64,000 nt of DNA from the human T2T-CHM13v2.0 reference genome, Homo sapiens, in NCBI RefSeq assembly GCF_009914755.1, contig NC_060935.1; one strand, given 5' to 3'. Of this stretch, positions 52,361 to 64,000 are shown one piece after another; the stretch's first letter is position 1; each line of letters opens with the position of its first letter. The position numbers and the translations under genes are program-made. The notes beneath the pieces were generated by a model. It saw only the letters and a program-made list of their open reading frames with translations. It searched no databases and was not told the origin of the DNA.

Positions 52361-55300
52361 CATTTCATACCTAATCCATCTTTCGAGATAGAAACCTTTT
52401 AATGCTTCCATCCAGTTGATTTTCTCATTTTCTCCAAATATCTTCATACAATTATCTTTTTTATGTTTCTTTCACCATTTACTGGCTTTCTTTCTGCCAC
52501 TTGCCCTTTCCAACATTATTTCCCATAATTAAATACTTAGCTGGTTTTCTGTCCTTCTTACCTCTCTCTGCTTTTCCATCAACTCCAAACTCCTGAGGAA
52601 CTGTTGCAGTTCTGTAACAGGTAAAATTATAATGTTTCCACAGCCTAAGGATGCCAGCCATCACTACTGTTTCTGTTTTCTTGGTTGCCACGATCCAAGA
52701 GGGGTATGGGAGAAAGAAGAAGCTTATTACCAGCTCTGCTGCAGTCTTATTTAACGAGAAATTCAGAATCCTGGAGGCAAGTCTTTAGCACCTAGCAGTT
52801 TTCTTCATAAAATGGCCTCAGTATCAAAAATAAATCAGAATCAGAAGAAATCACAAAGCATTTCATATTGTATAAGGAAATGTTCTGATGCTACCTCTGT
52901 ATCAGCTCCTGTGAGTCAGGATTACTAACTTACTGAGATTGAAATCACCAACACTAGGGAATCCCTAAAATTAAATCACATTGAATTCATATAGAAGACT
53001 GAATTATAATTATTACACAAATGTTGTTCTACCTTCGAAAGATCCTTCATGCTTAAAAACACAGATTGAGGAATAAGAGGATGTACGGAATGAGGTATAG
53101 GAGGAAGAGAATGGCAGATTAGAGAAAGGACAAATTGGTGACACATATTCTGAAGGGTAAACATAGAAGAAAGTCACATTAAAATTTTTTTTAATTAAAG
53201 TTTTAAAAAATTTTAAAAATAAAACAAAAAATTTTTAAAAAGAAAGCCATAAAATCTGGGATTCCTTTAAAAAAAATTGTGTAAGGATCAAACTAGATTT
53301 CCAGAGCACAAGTACTTTTTAAAATGTTTGTGAGCTTTTCCTTAAAAAACAATAACGTCTTTAGAGAAATTGGCCATAAAACACTTGAAACCAAAAAAGA
53401 AAGTTTTTTATTATATTTATGAGCAGAAAAAAATGTTTACAGTCATATCTCCCTCCATCTCTAAGCTTGGGTCATTAAAAGTAAGACAGGGAAGGTTATG
53501 GTACCTCAAAGAAAATGAAAGGTAAATCATGTCTGAGATTTTGGGAATAAAAAGAAACACAAAAGAAGCCTGCCCAACACTGGGAAGCCATTGATATTTA
53601 CCCAGAGGCAGGCGTGTGGGGATTCTAGGAGAGCTAGATACTGTCATCAAACTGAGGCCCACTATAAGCAGTGTCACCAGAGATGAAGCCATACTGTATG
53701 CATGCTCCCAAGGCTGCACTATGTGGCAAAATTCCATTCAGATGGCTTAGCTATTAACAAGTGTTAAGAAAATTATACTAGAAGCACAAGAACTAGTTTT
53801 TCTGGATAAAGGTGGAGCAGCTATGGCTGTGAAATTGATAGGCAGCTCTCAACTCAGAACATAAATGTTTAGTGATTTCCTAAGGATCTGGGGTCCTGAC
53901 TTGATGTGTGATGATTTTTCCTTGAACTGATATATCATATATGAAGATATAAGCAACCTGTAGGAGCTCCATTCACCAATACCATCTGGGACAAGTTGGA
54001 AAATGACTATTTTGGGTCAGCACAGAATTGGTGAGCACATGCCACACAACTGCACTGTGTTTAGTTCTAAATAACCATGTAATAAGCACAGTCTGCTCTT
54101 AAGAAGCTCTCAATATGGCCTATGAGTTTATAATAGTGCTTAATATTCTCCCTTCAATTTTATGCAGAATATTGCCCTTGAATGTCTCAACAGGATCCAT
54201 AATGCTGAAAACTTGAGAAAAATCATAGATCTAAGCCCTGCTTCATTCTAGCTTCATTCTAGATGTTCTATTGACCTGAATTTCACATGATGATATATTT
54301 CTAGATGAATAAGATTCCTATACTTGTAGCAACACTCTCACCAAGATGCATAAATACATACAGGTCCATGGAAAAAAGTTGTCATGCTCACTTTGAGAAC
54401 ATAATTTGAATGTTACCAGATACAAGGGAGTAAAGGAGACAGAGGGAACTTTGTAGTATGAAGAAGGAACAGACAGGAAAGATCTGTTAGCCTCAAGAAA
54501 ATGTAGTAAATAGTGAATCTATTATACAGTCTACATAAACAAGTGAAAGAGGAAAAAATATGATTCCTCCTTTCCCTCATCTTCTCATTTCCTACTCTGC
54601 CCTCCTTCTGAGTTGGATGGAAGATGTGTCCCCGCACCTTCCTAAGGAGATGGGCCCTGTCTCTAGAATTTTTCTAGTGAGTCCCACTGACTACTCATGC
54701 CATCTCTTAGAGCAGTTCTTCAAACAAACACACAGACACACATGCATGTGTGTGTTTCAAGGGGTGTTGTTTGGATCTTATAAATTAAATTGTTATATGT
54801 TAAAATGGTGACTTTTCTTTCTATAAATTTCAGGATCTTAGCAGAGTGCAGAAGCTCAGCCTGTTTAGGTTCAGAACTCCGTGCTCTCACGCATTGTCTT
54901 TAATCTTCAAAAAAGTGAGTCCTCCATTTGGCCCCAGTCCTGAGGGCCTGACAGTTGGGACTACCCAACTCTCAGATTTCTATTGTCCACAAGTTAAATT
55001 CCTCCTGCCTTCTCCAACCCAGTCCAATATATTATCATCTGCCATCAATATGATTTCATTTTCAATCCAATTTGCTTTCTTAGATCTTAATTTGGCTGCC
55101 CTTTTCTAAGCCTTTCAACTCGATTCAGAATTTTTTGTCTACTCTTCAGAGAAAAACTATCAACAAAAAATCCTCTGAACAGGAAAGTTATCAATAAAAA
55201 ATAAACGTAAAATAAGCCCTTTCTGCATAAACAAAAACTGAGTTGATTTCAACTAAGTTGAAACCAAATGAACAAAGATGATCATTTGAATCTACATAAA

Positions 55301-55729
55301 ATGACAAAAGCACCAGTAAAGATAGTCATGTCATTATAGAAGACATTATGCATACATATTCCTTTCTGCTTCTTATTTTCAAAAATGAATGTATTACAAT
55401 AAAAAATAGAATTGCATTGCTGGAACTATTACAAATATAAATGTAATATATTTACCAATAACTGAACAAAGGAGGTGAGTGATAACAAAGCTGTTTTGGA
55501 ATGAAGAAATATTCTCTGAAAAAAAAGCTATAAACATCTACATAGAAAAATGAGTAAGAATGCACAATGACACATGCAGTTCTGAGCATTAACAATTATA
55601 CTTATGCCAATCCAAGGGTCCCAGATTAGAAAACCTAAATCTATCACAGTTCCTTAAATACTCTTTCAAAAAAGAAAAAAAAAAAATCTGTGCTGTAGGA
55701 TATCCCACCTCAGCTGTGATCTTTACCTC

Positions 55730-56335
55730 TAGGCAGACCTCTGGAAAACCTTCTTATATGCTTTCCTTGAGTGCATCTCACATCAGAAGAGAGAGGAATC
55801 ATTCCATATTCAAGTTCCTGGCACTCACCCACTCACAGTATTGTGGCTAAAATAGGAACCTATTCCTGTCCTCTTTGAGGACTCAGTTCAGATCATTCAC
55901 TCACAGACCTCTCATGAGGCCTCATTTTAAAGCTTATGCATGTGGAAATCACCTCCCCTGAGTTTCATCTTTCTAGCATCTCAGGAGACCCCTTGATCTC
56001 CCTTCCCTCTCTTCTCTGTTCTGGAGGAACAGGGCCCCACAACTGATGTCCTCGGGATTTTCAGGTGTTTCCTGAAGAATGGGGTGAGGAAAATTTGAAA
56101 TTCAAAAACCAGCTGATGTAAGATAGGGATACCAGGGCTTGGTTATGTGACCCAAGGAGGCTCAGCATCATAACTTAGTTTATTTGAAAGGGTTAGGGGA
56201 TATCGGTTGTCTTCAGGGATCATATGTACCTCTACCGGTCCTAGAGCTTATGAATTCCAATTGCGTTTTTGTCTTTCCTGTTACTTTGGTAAAATTTGTT
56301 CTTATCTACTGGAACTTCAATGGATCTGTTAATAG
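55730..56335 (-). promoter_or_regulatory. Putative promoter/non-coding first exon of OR51B2
   Basis: Donors GTGAGT (55823-55828, 55831-55836); O/E-like TCCCCTGAG (55954-55962), TCTCAGGAGA (55979-55988), TCCTCGGGA (56049-56057); conserved in the OR51B3P paralog block. Confidence 0.5.
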
Positions 56336-56664
<329 letters not shown>

Positions 56665-57138
56665 TGACATTCAGCTTTTTATCTTAAAATTATATTACTT
56701 GTAGCTCATTGCCCTTTTTTTTTTTTTTTTTGCCAGATACACAATGAGGAGCATAGTCTTTATTCACAGAATGTAAATAGTGTGTAATATAAAGAAAATA
56801 GTTACCACAAATTTTCATAGCACTATCATTACTGCATAGATGGTAGCATGCTAAAGGGAGCCCACAGAAAGCATCTTTGGGGCAGGGGAAATTTTCTCAA
56901 AAGAAATATTATTTAAGCTAATAATTGAAAAACAAGGAAGGTAACAAATATAGTGTTTGTATAAGTGGGGTACAGTTTATAAAGGAAGAAAAAATACACA
57001 GGCTATGGGGAAAGAGAAAATATGACAAACTCAAATCAAGAGAATTCTAGCAGAGCCAGAATAACAAAACATGTGAGAAAATTGAACACAAAGAGAATCT
57101 GTGGTAGCCTGTTGGTTTTTGTTAATCCAAAATAATGT

Positions 57139-57871
57139 ATTTTTTTTATTATTATTATTATACTTTAAGTTTTAGGGTACATGTGCACAATGTGCAGGTT
57201 TGTTACATATGTATACATGTGCCATGTTGGTGTGCTGCACCCATTAACTTGTCACTTAGCATTAGGTATATCTCCTAATGCTCTCTCTCCCCCTTCCCCC
57301 CACCTCACAACAGTCCCCGGAGTGTGTTGTTCCCCTTCCTGTGTCCATGTGTTCTCATTGTCCTATGAGTGAGAACATGCAGTGCTTGGTTTTTTGTCCT
57401 TGCGATAGTTTGCTGAGAATGATGGTTTCCAGTTTCATCCATGTCCCTACAAATGACATGAACTCTTCATTTTTTATGGCTGCATAGTATTCCATGGTGT
57501 ATATGTGCCACATTTTCTTAATTCAGTCTATCATTGTTGGACATTTGGGTTGGTTCCAAGTCTTTGCTATTGTGAATAGTGCCACAGTAAACATACGTGT
57601 GCATGTGTCTTTATAGCAGCATGATTTATAATCCGTTGGGTATATACCCAGTAATGGGATGGCTGGGTCAAATGGTATTTCTAGTTCTAGATCCCTGAGG
57701 AATCACCACACTGACTTCCACAATGGTTGAACTAGTTTACAGTCCCACCAAGAGTGTAAAAGTGTTCCTATTTCTCCACATCCTCTCCAGCACCTGTTGT
57801 TTCCTGACTTTTTAATGATTGCCATTCTAACTGGTGTGAGATGGTATCTCTTTGTGGTTTTGATTTGCATT
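57139..57871 (-). mobile_element. 5'-truncated young L1PA without evident TSD
   Basis: Near-consensus antisense L1 3' ~730 bp ending at TGATTTGCATT. Confidence 0.92.
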
Positions 57872-57962
57872 GTGACGTGTTAGTTTTAAAGTATGTGTGA
57901 AATAATTTTTATTCTTAACATTTTTTTGATGAAGCACAGTGTCTGAAAGGGTGGTAGCCCAA

Positions 57963-58723
57963 TCAAGTGACATTAAAAACCAGAACACAGCTAATGTGAG
58001 AAATACAAGTATTTAGGGCCTTAGTCTGCTCCTTGTCTGAGGCAATTCCCATGACCTTCTTAAGGATCAGAATGTAAGAGATAAGGATAAGCACAAAGTC
58101 CAAGAAACCAGTTGATGAGACCAGGACTATAGGATAAAGTCTATTAAAGGTGATGTCTGCACAGGCCAGTTTGATCACATCTGGTGCAGGCAGAAAGCAT
58201 GGGAGAGGACATGGGATTGACAGTAGGGGAATCCAGAGAGGGTGATGATTATGGGCACAATTAGCATAACAAATCCCCTCATTTGAACCCCCAGATCTAT
58301 CTTCACCACCTTAGCATTGGTGAGAATGGAGGTGTATCTCAGGGGATTATGGATGCCAATAAAACAGTCATGGGCCATGATGAGCAACACTCTGGACTCC
58401 ACGATAGAGAGGGAGTGGATTAGATAGGCCTGGAGGAAGCAGGCTCCATGGCTCATTTTCCTGTGATCTAGCCAGAGAACACCAAGGACAGTGGACATTG
58501 TTGTCAAAGTTACACCAAGGTCTATGGCTGCCAGTATAGTCAGAGAGTAGTACACGGGCTCATGAAGAGTGCAGTCTTCTCTGATAAAGAAGAGGAGGCT
58601 GCCATTGCCAAGGACTGTAGAGACATAGATGATAAAGAAGGAGATAGAACTCCAAGGATGAAATCTCTCCAGACCTGGAAAGCCAGTGAGGAGAAAAGGG
58701 GCAGCAGTAATGGTAGGTGACAT
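57963..58723 (-). pseudogene. OR51B8P: Olfactory receptor pseudogene, frameshifted and 3'-truncated
   Basis: ATG at 58723 ([10 protein letters not shown]) preceded by acceptor TTTCTCCTCAG. A 1-nt deletion after FCLHQ (~58178) shifts the frame; the second frame [11 protein letters not shown]...KALNTCISH...VFNVT stops, and TM7 is absent. Confidence 0.88.
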
Positions 58724-58769
58724 GGTGGATACCTGAGGAGAAACAAACAAACAAAACAGCTCTCTAGAC

Positions 58770-59056
58770 CAGCACTATGTGGTGGAAATATAATTAGAGC
58801 TAAATATGTGATGTTAAATGTTCTGGTAGTCACATTAAAAGGAGTAAAAAGAAAAGTGGTAAAATTAATATTAGTATGTCTTATTTAAGCTACTATATCA
58901 AAAATATTATCATTTTAATAGATAATCAGCATAAAAATCATATATGAGATAGTTCCCACGATTTTTTTTTGGTACAAATTCTTCAAAATCGAGTGTTTAC
59001 ACTTACAGAAAATTCTGACTCAAGCTAACCAGATGCTACTGTTTTGGACAGCACAG
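58770..59056. mobile_element. MER33-like hAT/Charlie non-autonomous transposon
   Basis: CAGCAC...GGACAGCACAG ends with 8-bp TSD CTCTAGAC (58762-58769, 59057-59064). Confidence 0.75.
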
Positions 59057-59269
59057 CTCTAGACTATACGACTTCATCCTCAGTTTCGACTCCAGCTGCT
59101 TTCTACCACCCTTTCAGACATTGTGCTTCATCAAAAAAATGTTAAGAATAAAAATTATTTCACACATACTTTAAAACTAACACATATATTGGAAAAGAAA
59201 GTCTCCTCTCTCACTAGCTATTTTTTAAATGGTGTGATAGGCATAATTTTAAAAACCTTTCTACCACAA

Positions 59270-60210
59270 GATTTCCTATCCTAATTTCTAGGACTGTGAA
59301 TATGATACAATATCATGCTTGGGGTTATACAGATGTAATTAAAGTTGCTGATCTATTGACTTTGAGTTAATTGAAAAGGAAATTACTCAGGGGAACCTAG
59401 TCTAATTCCATGAGCCCCTAAAAGCAGAGTTTTCACCAAGTAGTAGGAGAATAGGAAGCCAGACATATTCAAAATTTGAGAAAGGTTCATGGGTCAGTTG
59501 CTGGTTTGAAATATAAGGAGGTCACAAAAGAAGGAATGCAAGAAGCCCCTAGGTACAGAACGGGCATCCTAGCTAACAGCCTGCAAACAAACAAACAAAA
59601 AACAAAAACAAAAACAAACAGGGACTTCAGAGTTCAGCAGTAGGAAACTGAACTCTGACAGCCGGGTGCAATGGCTCATTCAAGCCTGTAATCCCAGCAC
59701 TTTGGGAGGCCAAGGCGGGCGGATCACCTGAGGTCAGGAGTTCCAGACCAGCCTGGCCAACATGGTGAAATTCCATCCCTACCAAAAAATATAAAAATTA
59801 GCCAGGTGTGGTTGCAGTTGCCTGTAGTTCCAGCTACTTGGGAAACTGAGGCAGGAGAATTGCTTGAACCCGGGAGGCACAGGTTGCAGGGAGCAAGAGA
59901 TTGTGCCACTGCACTCCAGGCTGGGTGACAGAGCGAGACTCCATCTCAAAAAAAAAAAAAAAAAAAAGAAAAAAAAAGAAACTGAGCTCTGACTACAATC
60001 TGAATGAACGTGGAAGCGAATTCTTCCCCAGAGCCTTTGGATAAGAGCCCAGCCCTCCCGATATTTTGAATTTGACCTTATGATACCCTAAGCAGAGAAC
60101 TCAGTTAAGCCTATGAGAGTGCAGACCTATAGAAATGTGATATAATAAACTAATAATGTTTGAAGCAGCTCAAGTTGCAGTAATTTATGTATAACAATAG
60201 AAAACTAATG
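59270..60210 (+). mobile_element. MLT1 (MaLR) LTR interrupted by an Alu
   Basis: GGACTGTGAATATG...CAGATGTAATTAAAG...GACCTATAGAAATGTGATATAATAAAC...AATAGAAAACTAATGCA. Confidence 0.7.
59660..59977 (+). mobile_element. AluS
   Basis: Sense Alu with poly(A); TSD GAAACTGA(A/G)CTCTGAC. Confidence 0.92.
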
Positions 60211-63200
60211 CAAAGTATTACTATTATCCATATTTTATTAAGAGTTTATAGAGTTCTATAATAAACTAATATTTACAGGGTTTATGTAAATTATTGTATC
60301 ATTTATCTATTATCACAGAATTGTCACATCACAAAGCCCTGTATAGCATCAGTGGCTGACAACATTAAACATTTATTTTTCACTCTAATGCATGGTTCAA
60401 CTTATTTAGGCTGGGCTTGGCTGGGCAGCACTGATCATTTCTGCACCATCTGCTCAGGTACATAGGGTGCAGCTGTACGTCATCCCTATCCTATTGTTTT
60501 CCTGTGTCGTTCTTCCTATATCCATCACCCTTTTGTTGTATCTATTTCTATATTGTCTCTTATTTTGCCCTCTCTAACTAAACCCCAGATGTCTCTTTTG
60601 CATCACCCAGACTTTAGCATAAAACTTAGCACAAAATTTTTACTGTTTACATTCTTTTACTAGTCTCTCAGACCTAGTGGCTCTAACTCATTGTAGTAAA
60701 AAACACGGTTCTACTCCCACTCCAACACTAACATTGCTTACTTTACTAAGTGTTGTATTAACACACCAATGGCCCTGGAAGCAATGACAGAGTTTGACAT
60801 ATTGATTGTAAGGTTATTTATAAAATTTTAATTACTTTATGATTAACACATTGATCACTAACTGACTGGTATGCTGATTGTTAAACTGACTTAGGTAAGA
60901 ACAGTGACTTCAAAATATTACTAATATACTAATTGGCTAATATATAAGCTGAAAATGTGGGAGCTACAAAGTAGAGGAGGAAGAAGGCAGAAAGGGAACA
61001 TAGGTGGATGTAAGATAGAGAAAACTGAGCCTAGAGAACTGCATCAAGAGGAGGAGGAGAGGTAGTATAGAGACCTACAGGTGTCATGGTGACCCCACCC
61101 TGCACATTCACTCCCAGAGTCAGTCTCTTTCCTCTCCTGCCTCTTCCAAAGAAAATTTCTATTGTAGGAAAAGTGTTCTTAATAGCGCTGAGCTAACAAG
61201 AACTTCTAGATATCAACTCAGAACTCTTAATTATTCATGTAAGCACCCATCACATAAAACTACTGTTTTTATTTCAGAGTTAACATTTGCTAGGAAGTTG
61301 AACTTTTATGTTGGAGGTTGATACACCCGGCAGAATCTGTAGATACAGATATCTTGCCTCTTTTCTCTATTTACCCTCTTGCAACAACTATGTGGTGGAA
61401 GAGAATCCAAGAAGATTAGTCTTTATTTTCCTCTCAATTACCTTCATTCCATTCTCCCATAGTCACTAGAGCCTGACCTGGGGTATCAGAAATTAAGGGG
61501 AGAGGTAATTGCTGAGTCCTGGTGTAGAAATTGGTTTAAATGGTATCTCTGAAGACTGCTAACAGGGTTAATTTGTGAGGTTATTTGTATTCAAAATTGT
61601 TCCCCAGTATCTGTCTTGATGCTGGATAATTAGGCTACTGGGATATTTTTTTTCAAGCCTCCTTTGGAGAAGGAAGTGGGCTCCAGAACTGTGTTCTTAA
61701 AGCCCCATATTTTCTTTGCAAAAAGAAAACAGAATTGTAGCTTCATCCAGCACATGGAAGTCATGCTATCTAACTACCTTTGCCTTGTATGATTCCCCAC
61801 CTCAAAAAGAAGATACCGTGAAGCCTACTTTTGTTATTCCTTAACCCTGTAGCCAATAAGCTCACTCAACTTAGACAAAGCTTAATAATCCCTCACACTT
61901 AATCTTTTCTTGGTTTCAAATAAGATTGTTTGTTATATATACTCACAAATGAGTGCTGCTGATAAGTTCTTTCAAACAGTAAGCTTGTTTTCTGTCTCTT
62001 GGTAAGTCTTGCCCAAGAATCAGAGTTACTGCTTCTGGAGCAATATAAATCAAGTTTAAAAAATTTTATTTAAGTGTCCTGTAGTAATGTTAAAAAGGGG
62101 ACATGGTGGAGGTATTCTTTAATCCCTGGCTTTGTCTGACAATTTGTACTTGAATACAATCATCTCATAGTCTGTCAGAGAAATAAGGATCTGAGAATTT
62201 CTATTGTCTCATCAGTCTTAAATCCTAAATTTATCCTGGAACTTAGCCCAACTATGAGATTTTAAAATGAGTATGGGTGCAATGTGGTGAACCATGAGGG
62301 TCACATTTTGGTGCCTGACATTTCACATCAGTTAAGTTCCTCCTGAACTGCATTCTGCTCATAGGTCTTCCTAAATGTAAGCAGAATAGTAGTAGGAAAT
62401 CATGATTAAAAGTCAGTCTCTGGAAATGGCTTAAGTCTGAAAATTTGTGTGTCCTCTTTGTACTAAGTTAAAATTTAGGTCTGGATTGATTTAGGGGAGC
62501 CATGCTTTGAACTTAAAATGAGGTGAGGTAGTAAGACCCTGAGATAACTGATTTAATTTCAGGCTGCCCTCCCATTTCATTAGTAGGTATATTGACCCTC
62601 TCACTGGCAGTACACGAATCTTCTGCCCCATAAATATGACTCTATTCCTGGAAACATCACTTATCTTAGAACAGATATAAAGTAATTTCCTGCAGACTGC
62701 CCCAGAGTTGGGATAAAATCTCATGTGAAGTGACACTGTTGGTGGAGGATAAGCCTCCAGAGAATGGGAACAACTATTATCAGCCAACACTCAAAGTCAC
62801 CAAGCTTAGGGGCACTGGGAGGAAGTAGGCAGGGCACCCAAAATATCTTCTATTTCCTTAAATAGCCATTGATGTGTCTCTCATTCATGTATTTTCTAAG
62901 ACCTTGTTCATTCTTTTCATATTTCCTGCTGTATTGCCTGTGAAGTAAAGTATCATGTCACAGCAGCATAATCTCAGATTGGGAAGGACCTCCATCTCCT
63001 GTAATAAAAGCCTTCTTTGATGCAGTGTTTCCTGACAAGGGTCATCCGCTGAGTGCCTGTCTCTTTCTAAATCACATAACACAATATTTATTAGAATATC
63101 TGTGCTGAAAATACTCAGGCAGCCACATTATTAGAAATTACCTAACTTTTTAAAATGAAAATATTTTTCTGGTCTTCCTATTCCTTGGCTCTTGGTCTGA

Positions 63201-63466
63201 GCTCTGGCATCACAGTCTATATCTAACTGCTGCCTTATATTACATATGGCATATAGGAAGGCAACATTCAAGTATAATAAGCTTATATCGCTAACGATTC
63301 AGGAAGGTCTCTATCCTAGGATTTTTGCTGTTTGTTGAGTAAGTCTGTGCTGACAATACCAGCTTCTTTTTTTTTTCTGTGTAGTTTGATTCTATTATCT
63401 GTCAGCCTTCTGGATTCCACAATTATCTCCGAAGATTCCATCCTTTAACTCATCCTCTACAGGCTC

Positions 63467-63950
63467 TGATGGTTAATTTTATATGCCAATTTGACTGGGC
63501 CATGGGGTGCCCAAATATTTGTCAAACATTATTCTAGATGTTTTTGTGAGGGTGTTTTTAGGCAAGATTAACATTTAAATCGGTAGACCAAGTAGAGCAG
63601 ATGGTCCTTCCTATTGCAGGCGGCTTCCTCCAATCAGTTGAAAACCTGAATAGAACAAAAAGTCTGACCCTTCCCCAAATCAGAGAGAATTATTCCTTAT
63701 TGATGGCCTTCAAACTGGAATCTAGACCTTTTTTTCTGCCTTTAGATTGAACTGAAACATCAAAACTTCCTGGGTCTGAAGCCTGATGGCTTTTGGGTTG
63801 CAAGTACACCATCAATCCTCCTGTTTCCCAGGCCTTCAGACTTGGACTGGGACTAAACTACCAGGCTCTCTTGAGTTTTCAACTTGATGACTCACTCTGC
63901 ATATCTTGGGACTTGCCTTCCTCCATAATCACATCTGCTAATTCCTTATA
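63467..63950 (+). mobile_element. MLT2 (ERV-L) LTR
   Basis: TGATGGTTAATTTTATATGCCAATTTGACTGGGCCATGGGGTGCCCAAATATTTG start typical of MLT2. Confidence 0.8.
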
Positions 63951-64000
63951 TTAGGTTGGTGCAACAGTAATTGCAGTTTTTGCCATTATTTTTTTTTAAT
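63951..64000. mobile_element. MADE1 (runs off the window)
   Basis: TTAGGTTGGTGCAACAGTAATTGCAGTTTTTGCCATT after a TA. Confidence 0.85.

Noticed and set aside
53177-53240. AT-only palindromic-looking stretch
   Set aside because: Low-complexity A/T runs; the symmetry is expected by chance.

Overview
This is human genomic DNA, recognisable as the 5' flank of the beta-globin locus on chr11p15.4. The globin genes are transcribed on the minus strand, and HBE1 should lie about 3 kb to the left of base 1; no globin coding sequence is in the window. The first ~19 kb holds the locus control region: HS1 (~3.3-3.5 kb), HS2 (7925-8304), HS3 (~12.01-12.28 kb), HS4 (15549-15837) and HS5 with its CTCF site (~18.8 kb). 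Next come a decayed olfactory receptor (OR51AB1P) and a solitary ERV-9/LTR12 LTR (20613-22307) pointing toward the LCR. The rest is a minus-strand class I olfactory receptor array: OR51B4 (intact), OR51B3P, OR51B2 (intact) and OR51B8P, interspersed with Alu, L1, L2, MIR, MLT and DNA-transposon relics. The LCR and LTR are well-studied, so I do not claim a new system there. The less familiar signals are in the OR array. (i) An 81-bp, 80/81-identical inverted duplicate sits exactly where OR51B8P is truncated next to an L1 with no target-site duplication. (ii) OR51B3P is a mosaic, OR51B2-like at its 5' end and OR51B4-like in its 3' half and 3' flank. (iii) Paralogous non-coding blocks with conserved splice donors and O/E-like sites point to OR promoters and first exons. 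(iv) An OR51B2-like 3' flank has no adjacent gene. (v) The DRY-motif arginine codon has changed CGT>TGT in two paralogs. Gene symbols, HS names and allele associations come from my recall of the locus and were not checked against a database.
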